Shown here one piece after another: positions 13,247 to 25,778 of a stretch of DNA of 64,000 bases. The stretch is from Felis catus (Eukaryota). The stretch is from assembly GCF_018350175.1 (NCBI RefSeq), contig NC_058368.1:161698001-161762000 (forward strand). Reading direction: 5' to 3'. A program made the position numbers and the translations under genes. Within the stretch, counting starts at the first letter, position 1; the number at the start of each line of letters is the position of its first letter. The notes beneath the pieces are model-generated. The model saw only the letters and a list, made by a program, of their open reading frames with translations. It did not search any database and was not told the DNA's origin.

Positions 13247-13440
13247 GGGGCATGTGGGTGGCTCAGTCAGTTAAGCCTCCGACTCTTGGTTTTGGCTCAA
13301 GTCATGATCTCACGGGTTCATGAGTTTAAGCCCCACGCTGCCGCACAGAGCCTGCTTGGGATTCTCTCTCTCTCTCCCTTTCTGTCTGCCCCTTCACTGC
13401 TCATCCTCTCAATCTCTCCCAATATAAATAAATAAATTTT
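13247..13440 (+). mobile_element. CanSINE (older subfamily)
   Basis: GGGGCATGTGGGTGGCTCAGTCAGTTAAGC head; TSD core TCTGT(T)AAAA. Confidence 0.9.
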
Positions 13441-13599
13441 AAAAGTCTGTAAAAAGCTTATGTGAATCCACAGCTATTAATCATGTACAATTCCATTTAG
13501 ATTCTAATTTATTGAAAATGCTCCATTTCAACCATACCTCTTATTTTGTGCTTTGCCACTTAGAGTGAATGAAGAAATATACAACAGAATTTAGGGAAC

Positions 13600-15320
13600 A
13601 AAATATTAATTGCAAAGTTTATATGGAGAGACAAAAGACCAGAATAGTCAACACAATATTAATGGGGAAAAAGAAAGTCAGAGGACTGACACTCCCTAAC
13701 TTCAAGATTTACCATAAAGCTAGCAAAATCAGGACAGCATATAGTCAACTAATGTTTCGGAAAGAAGCAAAGATAATATAGCAGAGCAAAGATAGTCTTT
13801 TTTTTTTTTAAGATTCTCCTGGCACCATCTTGCACTGGAAATTGCTGGGAGCACCCAGGCTGTGCATGCAACCAAACTTCACTCCTGCCCTTCAATATAT
13901 ACCCCACAGGCTCCCCAAAGATAATCTTTTCAACAGATGGTGCTAGAATAACTAGACAACCACATATAAAGAAAAGAATCTAGGCAAAGACCTTATACCC
14001 GTCACAAAAAATAACTCAAAATGGATGATAGATCTAAATGTGAAATGCAAATCTATATAATTCTTAGAAGATAACATAGAAGAAAATCAAGACAACTTTG
14101 GGTTTGGCAATGACTTTTTCGATATATCACCAAAGGTATGATCCATGAAAGAAATAATTGATAAGCTGGTCTTCATTAAAAATAAAAACTTAGGCTCTTT
14201 TGACATTTGTCAAAAGAATGAAAAGACAAGCCACAGATTGGGAGCAAATATTTGCAAAAGACCTACTTGGTCAAGGAGCGTTATCCAAAATATACAAAAA
14301 CCTCTTAAACTCAGCAATAAGAAAACCAACAACCTGACTAAAATATGGGCCCAACACCTCAATACACCTCTCACTGAAAAAGAGATAAAGACCACAAATA
14401 CACATATTAAAAGATGCCCCACATCATTATGTCATCAGAGAAATGCAAACTAAAACAACAATAAAATATCACTACGCTAACGATTAGAATGGCCCAAATC
14501 CAGAACACTGAAAGCACAGCTGTGAGGATGTGGAGGAACAGGAATTCTCATTCATTACTGTGGAGAATATAAAATGGTACAACCAGTTCGGAAGACAGTT
14601 TGGCAATTTCTGACAAAACTCAACATACCCCTATCATAAGATCCAGCAATAATACTCCTTGGTATTTACCCAAATGAGTTGAAAATTATGTCCACCCCAA
14701 AACCTGCACACAGATGTGTACAACAGCTTTATTCATAAATGTCAAAACTTGGAAGCAACAAGTGAATGAATAAACTGGTACATCCAGACAATGCAAGATT
14801 GTTCAGCACTAAAGAGAATGATCTGTCAAGCCATGAAAAGACATGGAGGAATTTTACACGCTTATTGCTAAGCACAAGAAGCCAATCTGAAAAGGCTTAC
14901 TATATGATTCCTACTATATGACAGTCAAGAAAAAGCAAAACTATAGACACAGTAAAAACAAACAAAAGCAAACAAAAAATGTTCTTACCATGAATTAATG
15001 GGGAGGAATGGATGAATAGGACTTTTAGGTGAGTAAAACTACTCCGTATGATACTATAATGGAGGATACATGTTATTACCCATTTGTCAAAACCCACAGA
15101 ATGTACAAACTAAGAGTGAATTGCAGTGTAAACTATGGACTTTGGGTGATAATGTTGTGTCCATGTAAGTTCATCAGTTGTAACCAATGTACGGCTCTGG
15201 TACAAGATGTTGATAGTGGGGCTATGCATGTGTAGGGGCAGGGAGCATATGGGAAGTCCCTGTACCACCCTCTCAATTTTGCTGTGAACCTAAAACTGCT
15301 CCGAAAATAGTCTATTAAAA
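13600..15320 (+). mobile_element. Ancient L1 (L1MC-like) fragment: degenerate ORF2 C-terminal part and 3' UTR
   Basis: ORF pieces such as KKKVRGLTLPNFKIYHKA resemble L1 ORF2; also TCTTTTCAACAGATGGTGCT, GATCCAGCAAT...CTCCTTGGTATTTACCCAAATGAGTTGAAAA, and 3' end TGTGAACCTAAAACTGCTC...GTCTATTAAAA. Many stops and frameshifts. Confidence 0.88.
13802..13915 (-). mobile_element. Unidentified A-tailed retro-insertion inside the L1
   Basis: Non-L1-looking sequence with a T-run at its left end, flanked by the 15-bp direct repeat CAAAGATA(G/A)TCTTTT (13787-13801 / 13916-13930). Confidence 0.7.
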
Positions 15321-17301
15321 TGGTACTAATTCAGAGTAATCTTAAATTTTATTAGTTTCCTATAATCAAAGAGTACTTACTTCAAAACATTTGTTTTTGG
15401 ATTTTAATAAACTATCACTGGAGTGTGTATGAATATTTCTATGTGTGTGTCAGAGTGTATGTGTCTTCGTGTGTGTTTAAGATGAGACAATAAGACAGTG
15501 TTATCTTTAATATTTTCTCACACTCAAATGATACTCAACATTAACATATCAAAAAATAAGATGTGTTCTTAGCACAATGCTTTATAAAGTTATCCTGTTA
15601 AAAATACTTTTTTTTTTCCTTCAGAGTCAAACTGTAATTACCAGGAATCTTTGTAATTAAAAAAAAACACCTATCCTCCAAATGAATGTATTTTATCTTA
15701 CTTTGTTGAAGCTTCATGTCAAACATCAAAAGAGTGAATGTTGAATAACCATGATTTAGTTATAAGAATGCAATTTAATTGTGTGAAGAATAACACAATC
15801 CAAGAAACTGTCTCGAGTTTAAACAAGGAAACAGTAGGTAAATCCTGGAAGGAAAGTATCACAATAACAAAACAAAATGAAAACACCTTAGCCCAGTCCC
15901 AATTACAGTATATGAAGCAAACTATTTTTAATTCTGGGTTTGGAAACTTTTTTTCTTTTAGAACTTCTATCCATTGTATTTAATTGGTCTCTTGAACTTG
16001 CCCTTTCCTCCCATGGCCACTAATTCTGCCCCACATTTTTATCATCTTGCGAGTATGTTAATCAAAAAAGTCTAATTGGTCTTCATACTCCTAGTACCTC
16101 TTCTTGCCAATTCAGAGTCTGGTGTTACAAGACTTACTCTCCTAAATTCACACATATAACTGGGCTTTAAAATAAAACTGATTCTTTTCCCAATCAAATC
16201 ACAAGTTATTTTTCCAACCTTGTATTCCAATGCTTTACACTGGACTCCATTATTCCTCAAGTTTACCTTGTTCTTAATTACATCATTGTCTCGGTTCACT
16301 CTAATAATGCAATAACATTTCCTTCTGTTTGGTTTTCTCTGTCACCCTCTCTCTCTCTCTCTCTGTCTCTGTCCTGTTTCTCTCTTTCTATTTTTATCCC
16401 TGATAAATAGCTATTCTGTTTTTTATGTCTGGTTGAAATGTTAGACTTTTAAGTGTTCTTTGCTAACATGAGAAACAAACTCTACACTCCTGACAATATA
16501 CCCTCTTACCATTCGTTTATGTACTAGCCAGTTGTATATATACATCTGTTTCTGCTATAAAGCCTATGCATTCCTTTAAAGAAGTAATCAGACTTCTTCA
16601 TTTTTCTATCTCCAATATCTGGCATTCAGTAGATATTCAATAAATACACATTACTGCTTATCTTTGTGTTATATATTTTACACATTTATATGTGTGCATG
16701 ACTGAACTTGGCCTTTTGGCCACTTGCCACTTTTATATAAAGTCTATTTCTTGGTTTTACATCTGAGCTTGTATTAATAAAAGGGAAATGTTAACTTAAT
16801 TCATAAAATTGGAATCTATGGCTTTTGGGGGGAAGCATCAGGGCATGTTATCTCATCCAGCCTTCTCTATCTCTAGTAGACCTCTTAACTACAGAAGGGA
16901 CTTAATTGTTCCTTAAATATATCTCACATTTATGCTTCCACAATATTGCCAGTAGCCATTTAGCACTTCTGTTGGTAGTTTTCTTACCCCAAATTCATCA
17001 ACTTTACCATGAATTCTTATTACTCTTTAACATGGCAAAACATAAAAACCGGTAGTATGCTCATGACTAGACATAAATAGATGCTAAGTTCAAATATTTG
17101 CTTTTTTTAAGAAAGAGAATGAGCTTTAAGATAACATAGCACATAAACAAAATGCAAGTTGCTGAATAGCGTACCCATCATAAAAAAGGAGAAACATGTA
17201 TCCATTGGAAGCTTTTCCTGAAGCTCCTTCCTGTCTAGGGAAAATGTTTAGTTATGTGTTCCATTGTGCCAAGGACAGACTGGTCCTTTCCAGACACTTA
17301 C

Positions 17302-17595
17302 CCTCTGACAGCATGAATAAGTCTCAATGATGGATAGGCAGTTCGCACTTTCAGTTTGTTCTTAAGGATTAATGCATTAACCCACTCCACGTGCTTCTCT
17401 CCTCCTTTGACCATGAAAGCAGGGATCCAAAGGACACTGTCATTCAGCATGGAAAGTCTATGCACAAATTTTTCTCTGTCACTCTCATTCCGAAAGCCTC
17501 CAAATGCTCTTTGTACAACTGATGGATTCATGGTAATAAAATCTGATTTAGTTCCCACATCTGCAGCAAACTCCACCACAGGGGCTAGATTACAC
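17302..17595 (-). CDS. ST8SIA4: ST8SIA4 coding exon 4 (codons 168-266, end of sialylmotif L, start of polysialyltransferase domain)
   Basis: Acceptor TTTTTTTTCCTCTTCAG|G, donor GG|GTAAGT; 294 nt; [25 protein letters not shown]...[21 protein letters not shown] continues exon 3 in frame. The exon with sialylmotifs S/VS was not found in the window, so it should lie left of position 1. Confidence 0.97.
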
Positions 17596-19714
17596 CTGAA
17601 GAGGAAAAAAAAATTAATGGACAAATGAAAAATTAATATGAAACATTAACTCCTAAAACAGTGTACATAAAAAGGAGAATGGGGAACAAGCATTTTTTTT
17701 CCTACCATGTTAGAAAAATAAGATAATCTGCCTGATAAAATTATATTTTCAGTAAGTTGTCACATATTCAGGAATATTATCTTCAATAAGGATGTGCTCT
17801 CCTAGTACAGGGCTCAAACTGTCATTGATATTAATTCGGCCTGTTGTCTAAGAATACTCTTTGTTGCTATCTTCATAAAACCACATGATATGAATTCCTA
17901 ATAGTTGAATTTATGATGGTAAATTCACAAAAGCTCAGCTGCCGTGCAGTAGGCAACCTAAAACCACATGCTGTTCTCTAAGTAAGTAAAACACACATTA
18001 GACTTGATATTCTAATTTCACACAACTTGTCAAACTTAGGTCATTTTAATAACTTTATAAACATAATTAAGTGAAGGTGGCTTTTCTGTATCCTGAGGTC
18101 CAGTAAAAGTACAATTTGCTATAGCATTTTCCACAACCATATTCTTAATTGCCCTCTACAGCCCTAAATGGGAAAGAAGTGTAAGAAAAGTGGAATTATC
18201 ACATTTAATATGCCTTTTTGAGATATTGAACAATTCAGAAAATCCCTTATTGTCAAATATCTTTCTGTTCCTTTTGAGCACATCATCAAAATGCACATTT
18301 TTTCCCCTGCTATCAGGCCGCATATGCTTTGTGGAGGAAGGACAGGATTCCATGTCCTCTTCTCCCCACTGAAGCTCCAGGGTCTCACAAAGTGCCTGCA
18401 CCTGATTTTATTCTTACATCGCAAGAAAGCTTTGAAAAGCACCTTGAATTTTGTCTTCAATCAAATTTTGATGCTTCTTTGATCCTATCACATAGGTGTT
18501 TGGATACTTGACTTAAAAATAGTTTTAAAATGTTTTTCATTTTCTAAAAAACGTTAATTTGTACGTGAAAAGTTAGATATTTAACAAGCAATAGTTTGAT
18601 AATTTATAAAAAAAATCATTTGAATCTATTCAATCTACCCCTTCAAGAAAACACACACACAGTACATACACGCAATTTCTTCTTTTATTTTTCTTCCCTA
18701 ATATCAGCCTTTAAAGAAAAGGGGAAATAAACTGATTTCCTCTTTCTGTATTTTTGTGGGTTATACTGCATTATGAAAATTTCTCACATTTCTCTTCCTT
18801 GTGCTCTTTGCCACTTTAATTTAATTCTCAAACAAGTCACATTTAATTAAAGGGTGAAGTGTTTGCTCCACTATTAAAAATACTGGCTTGTATATCCTTC
18901 CTTTCCTTATCTCTCTTAATTAATATATCTTATTACTTGCTAGATCTCTGACAACATTAGCTACCATAAGGAACAACTCACACAATTCAGCAAAGTCTGT
19001 ATTATTTAGGATGAGCTCCTCAGAGAAAACAAATAAAAAATAACGCATCATATTGTTTAGAAAATATTTTTTTCAAGTTATATATATTTAATTATACCCA
19101 CTACAGTGTGTCATATTTATTTTTCTTTAGCCATGATCCATGCACTATATGAGATTAGATATTATTCATTCCCATCACAGTAAGAATATTATGGATGCCA
19201 TCATAATATTATGAAGAATATTATGAAAGGAATAGCTACATGTGAACAGAAGCCAAAATGGACATCTTACTGTGGAACTCACTGTAGGTTGAGGACATGA
19301 TTATTTTTCAAGTCCTAAACTGTGTTTCATACCAACTTTAAAAATAGTTAAAATTCTAACCAAGTTGATTGCAAGATGAATTTGAATACTGCAGGGAACA
19401 TGCATTCTGAACGTCAGTATTACAGATACTTCTCCTTCCTCAGGTAAAAATAGACAATGCTTGTTAATGTTACAGTTAACATAATATGTCTTCCCCATCA
19501 AATTCCTCAGCTATTCTTTTCAGAGGATTTCTACTGTAGAAAAACAACATCTCTACTTCATTTTTTCTATAATTGTTAAAATTAACAGAGCCAACCCAGT
19601 TAGAAAAAACAAAAATAACATTCTACTGCATTATCTTTTCAGAGGAAAAATGTCACTTAATTACTTTATGATTTACGTTACTTTTTTTATCACAGATTTA
19701 AAAACACCCATACT

Positions 19715-19925
19715 GGAGCATCTGGGTGGCTCAGGTGGTTAAGCGCCTGACTCTTGATTTCAGCTCAGGTCATGATCTCAGAGTTCATGGGATCGAGCCC
19801 CACATTGGGCTGTGCTGGCAGTGCAGAGCCTGCTCTGGAATCTCTCTCCCTCTCTGTCTGCCCCTCCCTTGCTTGTGCTCTTTCTCTCTCTCTCAAAATA
19901 AATACATAAATATAAAAAAATTAAA
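19715..19925 (+). mobile_element. CanSINE (older subfamily)
   Basis: GGAGCATCTGGGTGGCTCAGGTGGTTAAGCG...CTCAGGTCATGATCTC, CT tract, A-rich tail. Confidence 0.92.
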
Positions 19926-22900
19926 TATTCCTAGTCCCACGTTGGCCAACATTTTTTTTTTAGGATTTTAGAACTGACTTTTAGAATTGACTCAGCATGT
20001 TTCTTAAACATAACTGTATGGCCATGTGTCTTTTAAGAACTAATAGATTCATCAGTGATGTTGGGTGTTGAAAAACAGGTACTTTCCAGTAGGAAGCAAA
20101 AGTAAACTTAGAGAATAAGAATATTTTTTTGAGAATAGGGTTGATCTAGGAGACCAGCCAATGTATATGATGCAAGGAATACTAACTGATTGTACTGTTC
20201 ACTAAAAAAGCAGGAGGAGATGAAAGAGTAATTGATTCACATGAACTCTATTGTAAAGGTTTTATTACCTAAGCACAGTGTAACCAGGCTTGAGGGATGG
20301 AAATAGAAGCACTGAAAATAGCACAACAGAAGGACACATGATAAAATATAATCTACATTAGCTCTAGGAGTCCAGTATATTCATTTTCCTTGGAGTGACT
20401 ATGTCTGATTTTTCACTGGAAGGAAAGACTAACATCGTGTCCACATGTGGTCAGTAAATTAACTACTCTGTGGTTGAGTCAGATATTTAGTCATATAATT
20501 AGCTGAATGCCACATAATCGGGGCAAGCATTATAAAACCCAAAATAACCAACCAGCTGTGTTGCACTCCAGCAATTCAGTAGACTTGTTGTGAACTGCAT
20601 AGTGTTACTAGTAGCAATACTGCTGACTGAGCAAGATTATGAATAGATCTGCAATCAAACATTCTTCATCTTTCTTTTTTCTAAAATCTTCTGAGGGATT
20701 ATAATACTCAAAAGTATCCAGAATGTGTAGCAAGCATTTATGAATTAACACATTATTTTTCATTTAATTCTTAATCTCATAAAACTGATCAGTGGCCAAT
20801 TTTTAAATGAAGGATTTCTGTGAGTCAAAACTACTGAGTACATAAGAATATTAATACACTCAAACTCTATTTCTTTAACCAGATTAAATTTTGTGTACTA
20901 CCTATTTTTGACATATCAAAAACATGAAAACAGGTATTCAGAATTAGGTATGTTGGCCAAACTCCCTGTATACTGTAAGCTACCCAATTTTAAATTTATT
21001 TGTGTTTATTTTCCATCATTAAAAACCTGCAGGAATGTGTACTCTAGACCTCTGAAATTTCTTCTTGACCTCACACCAGATGTGATTGCCTCTCAACATT
21101 CCTTTTATATAGAACTGACAATACTTTCATTTCTTTCAATGCTATAGAAAGTGTTTTAAATTAATTTTAATTTTAACTCATTTAATTTTTAAGGAAAAAA
21201 CTCTTATTTCATGTGTAACACCTCAGGATCACAGAATTCCCTAGGAACATGTCTTTTAATTTGTCAATATTCTCTGCATGTCCTTTAAGTAATAGCTCAA
21301 TAGTCTAAGCAACTAGAAGTTCCCCCTTTCAACAGCTCAACAGATTTGTCTTGAGAGTTCATTTTTCAAATACTATACTATATTCAAATACTCAGAACTC
21401 TTTTCCCAGCTATTTTACTATTTGTGCTATTTTCAAATTATATAATCTGGCCAAAAAATAATCTTGACCATTATTGTTAGTAATACCCATAAGATAAGGT
21501 TCATTCATTTAGCTGTGCGTTTATTCATCCCATGGGTTGTGTTATACACTTATGCTAGCTATAGAACTAGTCATCCACAATACTAAAGTAAAACAGTGTG
21601 TGCTGTGATACAGGAGGTTGCTAATCACTTCTTTAAATGAATAACATAGATTAATGAGCAGAAAACAACAATGAGTGGATTATAGACCAAATTGTATTCT
21701 TTTTTGCCATTTAATGTTCAAACAAGTTCCGAACACATGATTAACATATTTTTTTGCTCTCTTGGCCAGTCCCATTGTGTGTGTTTCTAGGTATCAACAC
21801 TGAAATAACTCAACCCAAACTATCATTACCAAGGGAACCATGTTTGTCAACAGACTATGAAATGTGAGATAACCTCTTCTCTTTTCTGCCCTCAAAGGAA
21901 GCTTATGGTTCATATCCGCTCCCATCCTGCTTTTGAGTTGAAGAGCCAAGAGAACAAAGAATCTCTGATACCTATTTCTTTCTTTCTTTTCTTTCTTTTT
22001 TCTTTTTTTTTTTTTTTTGGTTTTGTGGTTAACCTCTCCAAATGGCTAGAGGAAGCTAAAACATGCAACCTATCAATCAGACTTGCTGACTTTGTTGAGT
22101 GACTCTAGTAAGCCCTGAAAAGACCTAAAGCCAATAATTTTTGCAATATTTTATGGTAAGGAATAATATTAGCTCTACTTCAGAGATGAGAAACTAAGGA
22201 CAAAATGGCTAAGAAACATGTCCAAGGACATAGTGCATATAAAAGAAAAGCACAACTGTCTTAGAATGATTCAGGATAGCGGTTTTAATTGACACTATTT
22301 ATACATGTGATTTCTTTCAGAATCAGAGAAAATGTCAATATATTCATCCTTCATCCCAACCTTCCTATAGGAGAAAGTGTAGCCTCCCAGGACTTAAGCA
22401 TATTATACAAGTCCATTCAGCCAAAACAAAATGCTTAAAAACAAAGCGTTTTAAGTATCTCAACCATAAGAATAATATTTATATTTCACATCTCTTGAAG
22501 GAGAGGATTTTCAGAATGTCGATAAAATAATTAAGTATTGAACTGATATGACATTTTGAAATTTGAATCATAGGATTAACAGTTAATTTATATGTTGCAT
22601 ACCATTATGTAGTAAACAAAGTGTAAGAAATAGAGATGAAACATCATGTTGAAGATTTGCATTTCAGTGTGATGGATGCACACAGAAATACACAATCACA
22701 CATACACATATCACATTTTATGCTTGATCAGATAACAATTAATGGAATCCTCAGTTTGACAGAAATAAAAACAAATGACACTTATGTCGTGAAAATAACT
22801 AAGTGACAAACCAGAAGAGGAAACTTTTTCACAAACCCAGATTTGTTTACATTACTGGCAAGGGTGGGAAAAACAGTGCCATATTATTTCCAGGGAAATC

Positions 22901-22944
22901 ACAGAATTAAAAAAAAAATCAAACTCATTCTAAAATACAAAAAT

Positions 22945-23172
22945 GAGAGCACCTGGGTGGCTCGATTGTTCAATTGCCTGACTTCAGCTCAGGTCATGAT
23001 CTCACAGTTCGTGGGTTCAAGCCCCGCATCAGACTCTGTGCTGACAGCTTGGAGCCTGGAGCCTGCTTCAGATTCTGTGTCTCCCTCTCTCTGTGCCCCT
23101 CCCAGCTCGCACTTTGTCTCTTTCTCTCTCTCTCTCTCTCTCTTTCAAAAATAAATAACATTTCAAAAAAAT
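22945..23172 (+). mobile_element. CanSINE
   Basis: CACCTGGGTGGCTCG head, GGAGCCTGGAGCCTGCTTCAGATTCTGTGTCTCCC, (CT)n, tail. Confidence 0.92.
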
Positions 23173-23440
23173 TGATACCGAGAATTACATTAGGCTATAT
23201 TATTCCCACACTTCTGCCAAATCCAAAATGGAGTCATTAGGCAAAGTTGCTTCAACTGCATAGATACGATTTAATAACTTAGTTTTTTGGGGACTGAAGG
23301 GTATGGAAGGAATGTTAATGAATGGATATATTGTGCTTAAATCAAATAATATATTAAATATGTATCCAGTATGTATGCAATTTTGGCTTAAACTTTATGA
23401 ATAAAAAGTATTTGGCTTAGTTTCTGCCCTCAATCATCTT

Positions 23441-23684
23441 TTTTTTTAATGTTTATTTATTTCTGAGAGAGACACACAGAGAGAGACAGAGACAGAGAGA
23501 GAGAGGGAGAGAGAGAGAGAAGCTGGGGAGGGGCAGAGAGAGAGGGAGACACAGAATCCAAAGCAGGCTCCAGGCCCTGAGCTGTCAGCATAGAGCCCAA
23601 CAAGGGGCTTCAACTCATAAGTCGTGAGATTATGACCTGAGCCAAAATTGGACACTTAACTGAATGAGCCACCCACGCGACCCC
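23441..23684 (-). mobile_element. CanSINE
   Basis: Reverse SINE; TSD CTCA(AT/GC)CATCTTTT. Confidence 0.92.
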
Positions 23685-23724
23685 CTCAGCCATCTTTTTA
23701 AGAGTAGTTATGTGGGCATTGGTG

Positions 23725-23800
23725 TTCACATCCCAACCTGCATGGCCTTGGGCAAGTTACTCAAACTCTCTGAGATCCAACTTTTCCTATAAATGATGCT
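23725..23800 (+). mobile_element. MIR fragment
   Basis: GGCCTTGGGCAAGTTACTCAAACTCTCTGAG resembles the MIR core. Confidence 0.65.
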
Positions 23801-24339
23801 ATTAACACTGATTAAAATGCTATGAGAAAATTGAAACAAAATATTTGAATTTTGTCTTAGAATTGTTTGCTTAGAATTGGTAATAAATATTAGCTTATGG
23901 TAATCATTTTTTATATGCCCTTTCCTTTTGCAACCTATTATGAGAGATAAAAGGAATGCATGCAGGCAAATTAAAGAGCATGTAGATAGAAAAAACTTAC
24001 TGAACAACAGTGTGGGGAAAAAAGATTGACTGATAGCACATGTGATAAACCATTTTGGCTGGAGTCGAGCCACTCTTCCCCCTCCCCCCTCCAAAAAGAA
24101 ACTAATTAGGATTTAAATGGTTGACTCAGTGGTTGATTAAAAATGACTTGAATATTAGACAAAACAAATCTAATTTCATAGGCAATATGAAAACTATTCA
24201 AGCTCATAAACATGGCTAAATGTACTTAAGAGAATAGGACACATATATGCAGGAAAAGCTAGAATAAAGTTCTACAATTAGGACTTTGACACAATTCTTA
24301 AATAAAGTAGTGAAGGTCTTTTATTACTACAGCAAGAAG

Positions 24340-24530
24340 ATTAATAGCTAAGTTTTATTTAGCATTGATTGTGTGCTAGAAATTGTTCTATTTGCCTTTT
24401 TTTGCTGTTTTCCTCATAATAATTTCATAAGACAGGCACTATCATTATGTTTCTCCATTGATGAAGTAACTGAGTCGTTGTAAGTTGTATAAATTTACAA
24501 AGCTTGTAAAGAGTAAGGCAGGTTTTAAGC
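24340..24530 (-). mobile_element. MIR fragment
   Basis: TAATAGCTAA...TTTATTTAGCATTGATTGTGTGCTAG...GGCACTATCATTAT...GATGAAGTAACTGAG resembles a reverse MIR. Confidence 0.55.
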
Positions 24531-24937
24531 TCTGAAACATTGTGCATCAGTTAAGTCCTGTGTATGAAAAGGAAGAACTAGACAAACGAATTTAGATATC
24601 TTTGTCACAAGTTCAGTTGCACCTGAATGTGATAGAGCTGTATCTTTGATCATCCCAGTGACTTCACTGATTCACACATCTGATCTGAAGGGCTGGTTGG
24701 CTAAAGGAAGGGAGAAAGTTACATCCTTCCTCACTCTTCTGTAAACACTCCTCACCAAAGGTGGGGTCTTGGATGGGAGAAGATAACTACCCAGGCATGT
24801 GGAGATTACTCCTTGGCAGGGATATATAAACAGCTGTGTTCCTCTGAAAAGCAATCAAAGCAAGTAAACATGAAAAGGAATGTGAAGGGGAAAAATATGC
24901 AGATTATGGAAGAAAAGTGAGGCAATTAAAAGTAGAA

Positions 24938-25137
24938 GGGCATCCGGGTGGCTCAGTGAGTTAGGTATCCAACTTTGGCCCAGATCATGATCTCACGATT
25001 CGTGGGTTCCAGCCCCTCATGGAGCTCTGCATTGACTGTGCAGAGCCTGCTCAGGATTCTCTCTCTCTACCCTTCGGTTGCTCTTGCTCTCTCTCACTCT
25101 CTCTGTCTTAAAAAAATAAGTAAGTAAGCTTTAAAAA
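24938..25137 (+). mobile_element. CanSINE (older subfamily)
   Basis: GGGCATCCGGGTGGCTCAGTGAGTTAGG head, CT tract, A-rich tail. Confidence 0.9.
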
Positions 25138-25156
25138 AGTATATATACAGAGACTA

Positions 25157-25237
25157 AGGAAGGAAAGGGAGGGAGGGAGGAAGGAAGGAATAAAAGGAAG
25201 GAAGAAAAGAAGGCATCAGGCTGGTGGTGACATACAT

Positions 25238-25278
<41 letters not shown>

Positions 25279-25320
25279 AAGTTTAGTTATTTTGAAGGAG
25301 TAACAGAGAGAGAGAGAGTG
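25157..25320. repeat. (GGAA)n-like purine tract, then (TTTA)n with a probable SINE tail remnant
   Basis: AAGGAAGGAAAGGGAGGGAGGGAGGAAGG..., then (TTTA)n followed by TTTTGAAGGAG...GAGAGAGAG. Confidence 0.75.
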
Positions 25321-25734
25321 GCACAAGACTAAAATTCAAGTTGAGACTCTATGTTAACATTAGTGGATTACATTCTCTTCTGTAAAATAAGGAAATTGTC
25401 TCAGGAGAGAATGAGATGTACAGTCTACTCAATGAGTTTAATTTTGAAAGAAATACACTGAACTGTTTAGATGTTCAGTTTCTCTTCTGGGGACTTCTTT
25501 CTCATAAAAAAGTTGTTCTCATTATGAAAAACTAATATGAACAAGAGGTATTGTTGGAAGGAAAAATCTCCTGGATTTTAAAATAATGAAAGGATACTGA
25601 AAAGATCTCACAACAATATAGAGAATACTAGAAGGCTATTAGTAACGTTAACAAATTTAAATGTAATATAAAATGCAAATATCTCCTCTTATATAAAGCA
25701 TTGGTTTAAAAATAAGGTCTATTCCAGTGGGAAA

Positions 25735-25778
25735 AAAAATAAAAATAAAAATAAAAATAAAAATAAAAATAAAAATAA
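25735..25778. repeat. (AAAAAT)n simple repeat
   Basis: Tandem AAAAAT units seen directly. Confidence 0.9.

Noticed and set aside
14145..14453. L1-derived ORFs here and at 13569-13781 and 46193-46459 as functional genes
   Set aside because: Short, frameshifted remnants of L1 ORF2; no intact reverse transcriptase or endonuclease.
1..17301. Final ST8SIA4 coding exon (sialylmotif S/VS, expected to begin YWLTNKV...)
   Set aside because: No matching ORF in the track or by reading; it should lie outside the window.
17356..17628. 90-aa plus-strand ORF antisense to exon 4
   Set aside because: Shadow ORF on the strand opposite a real coding exon; starts at TTG.
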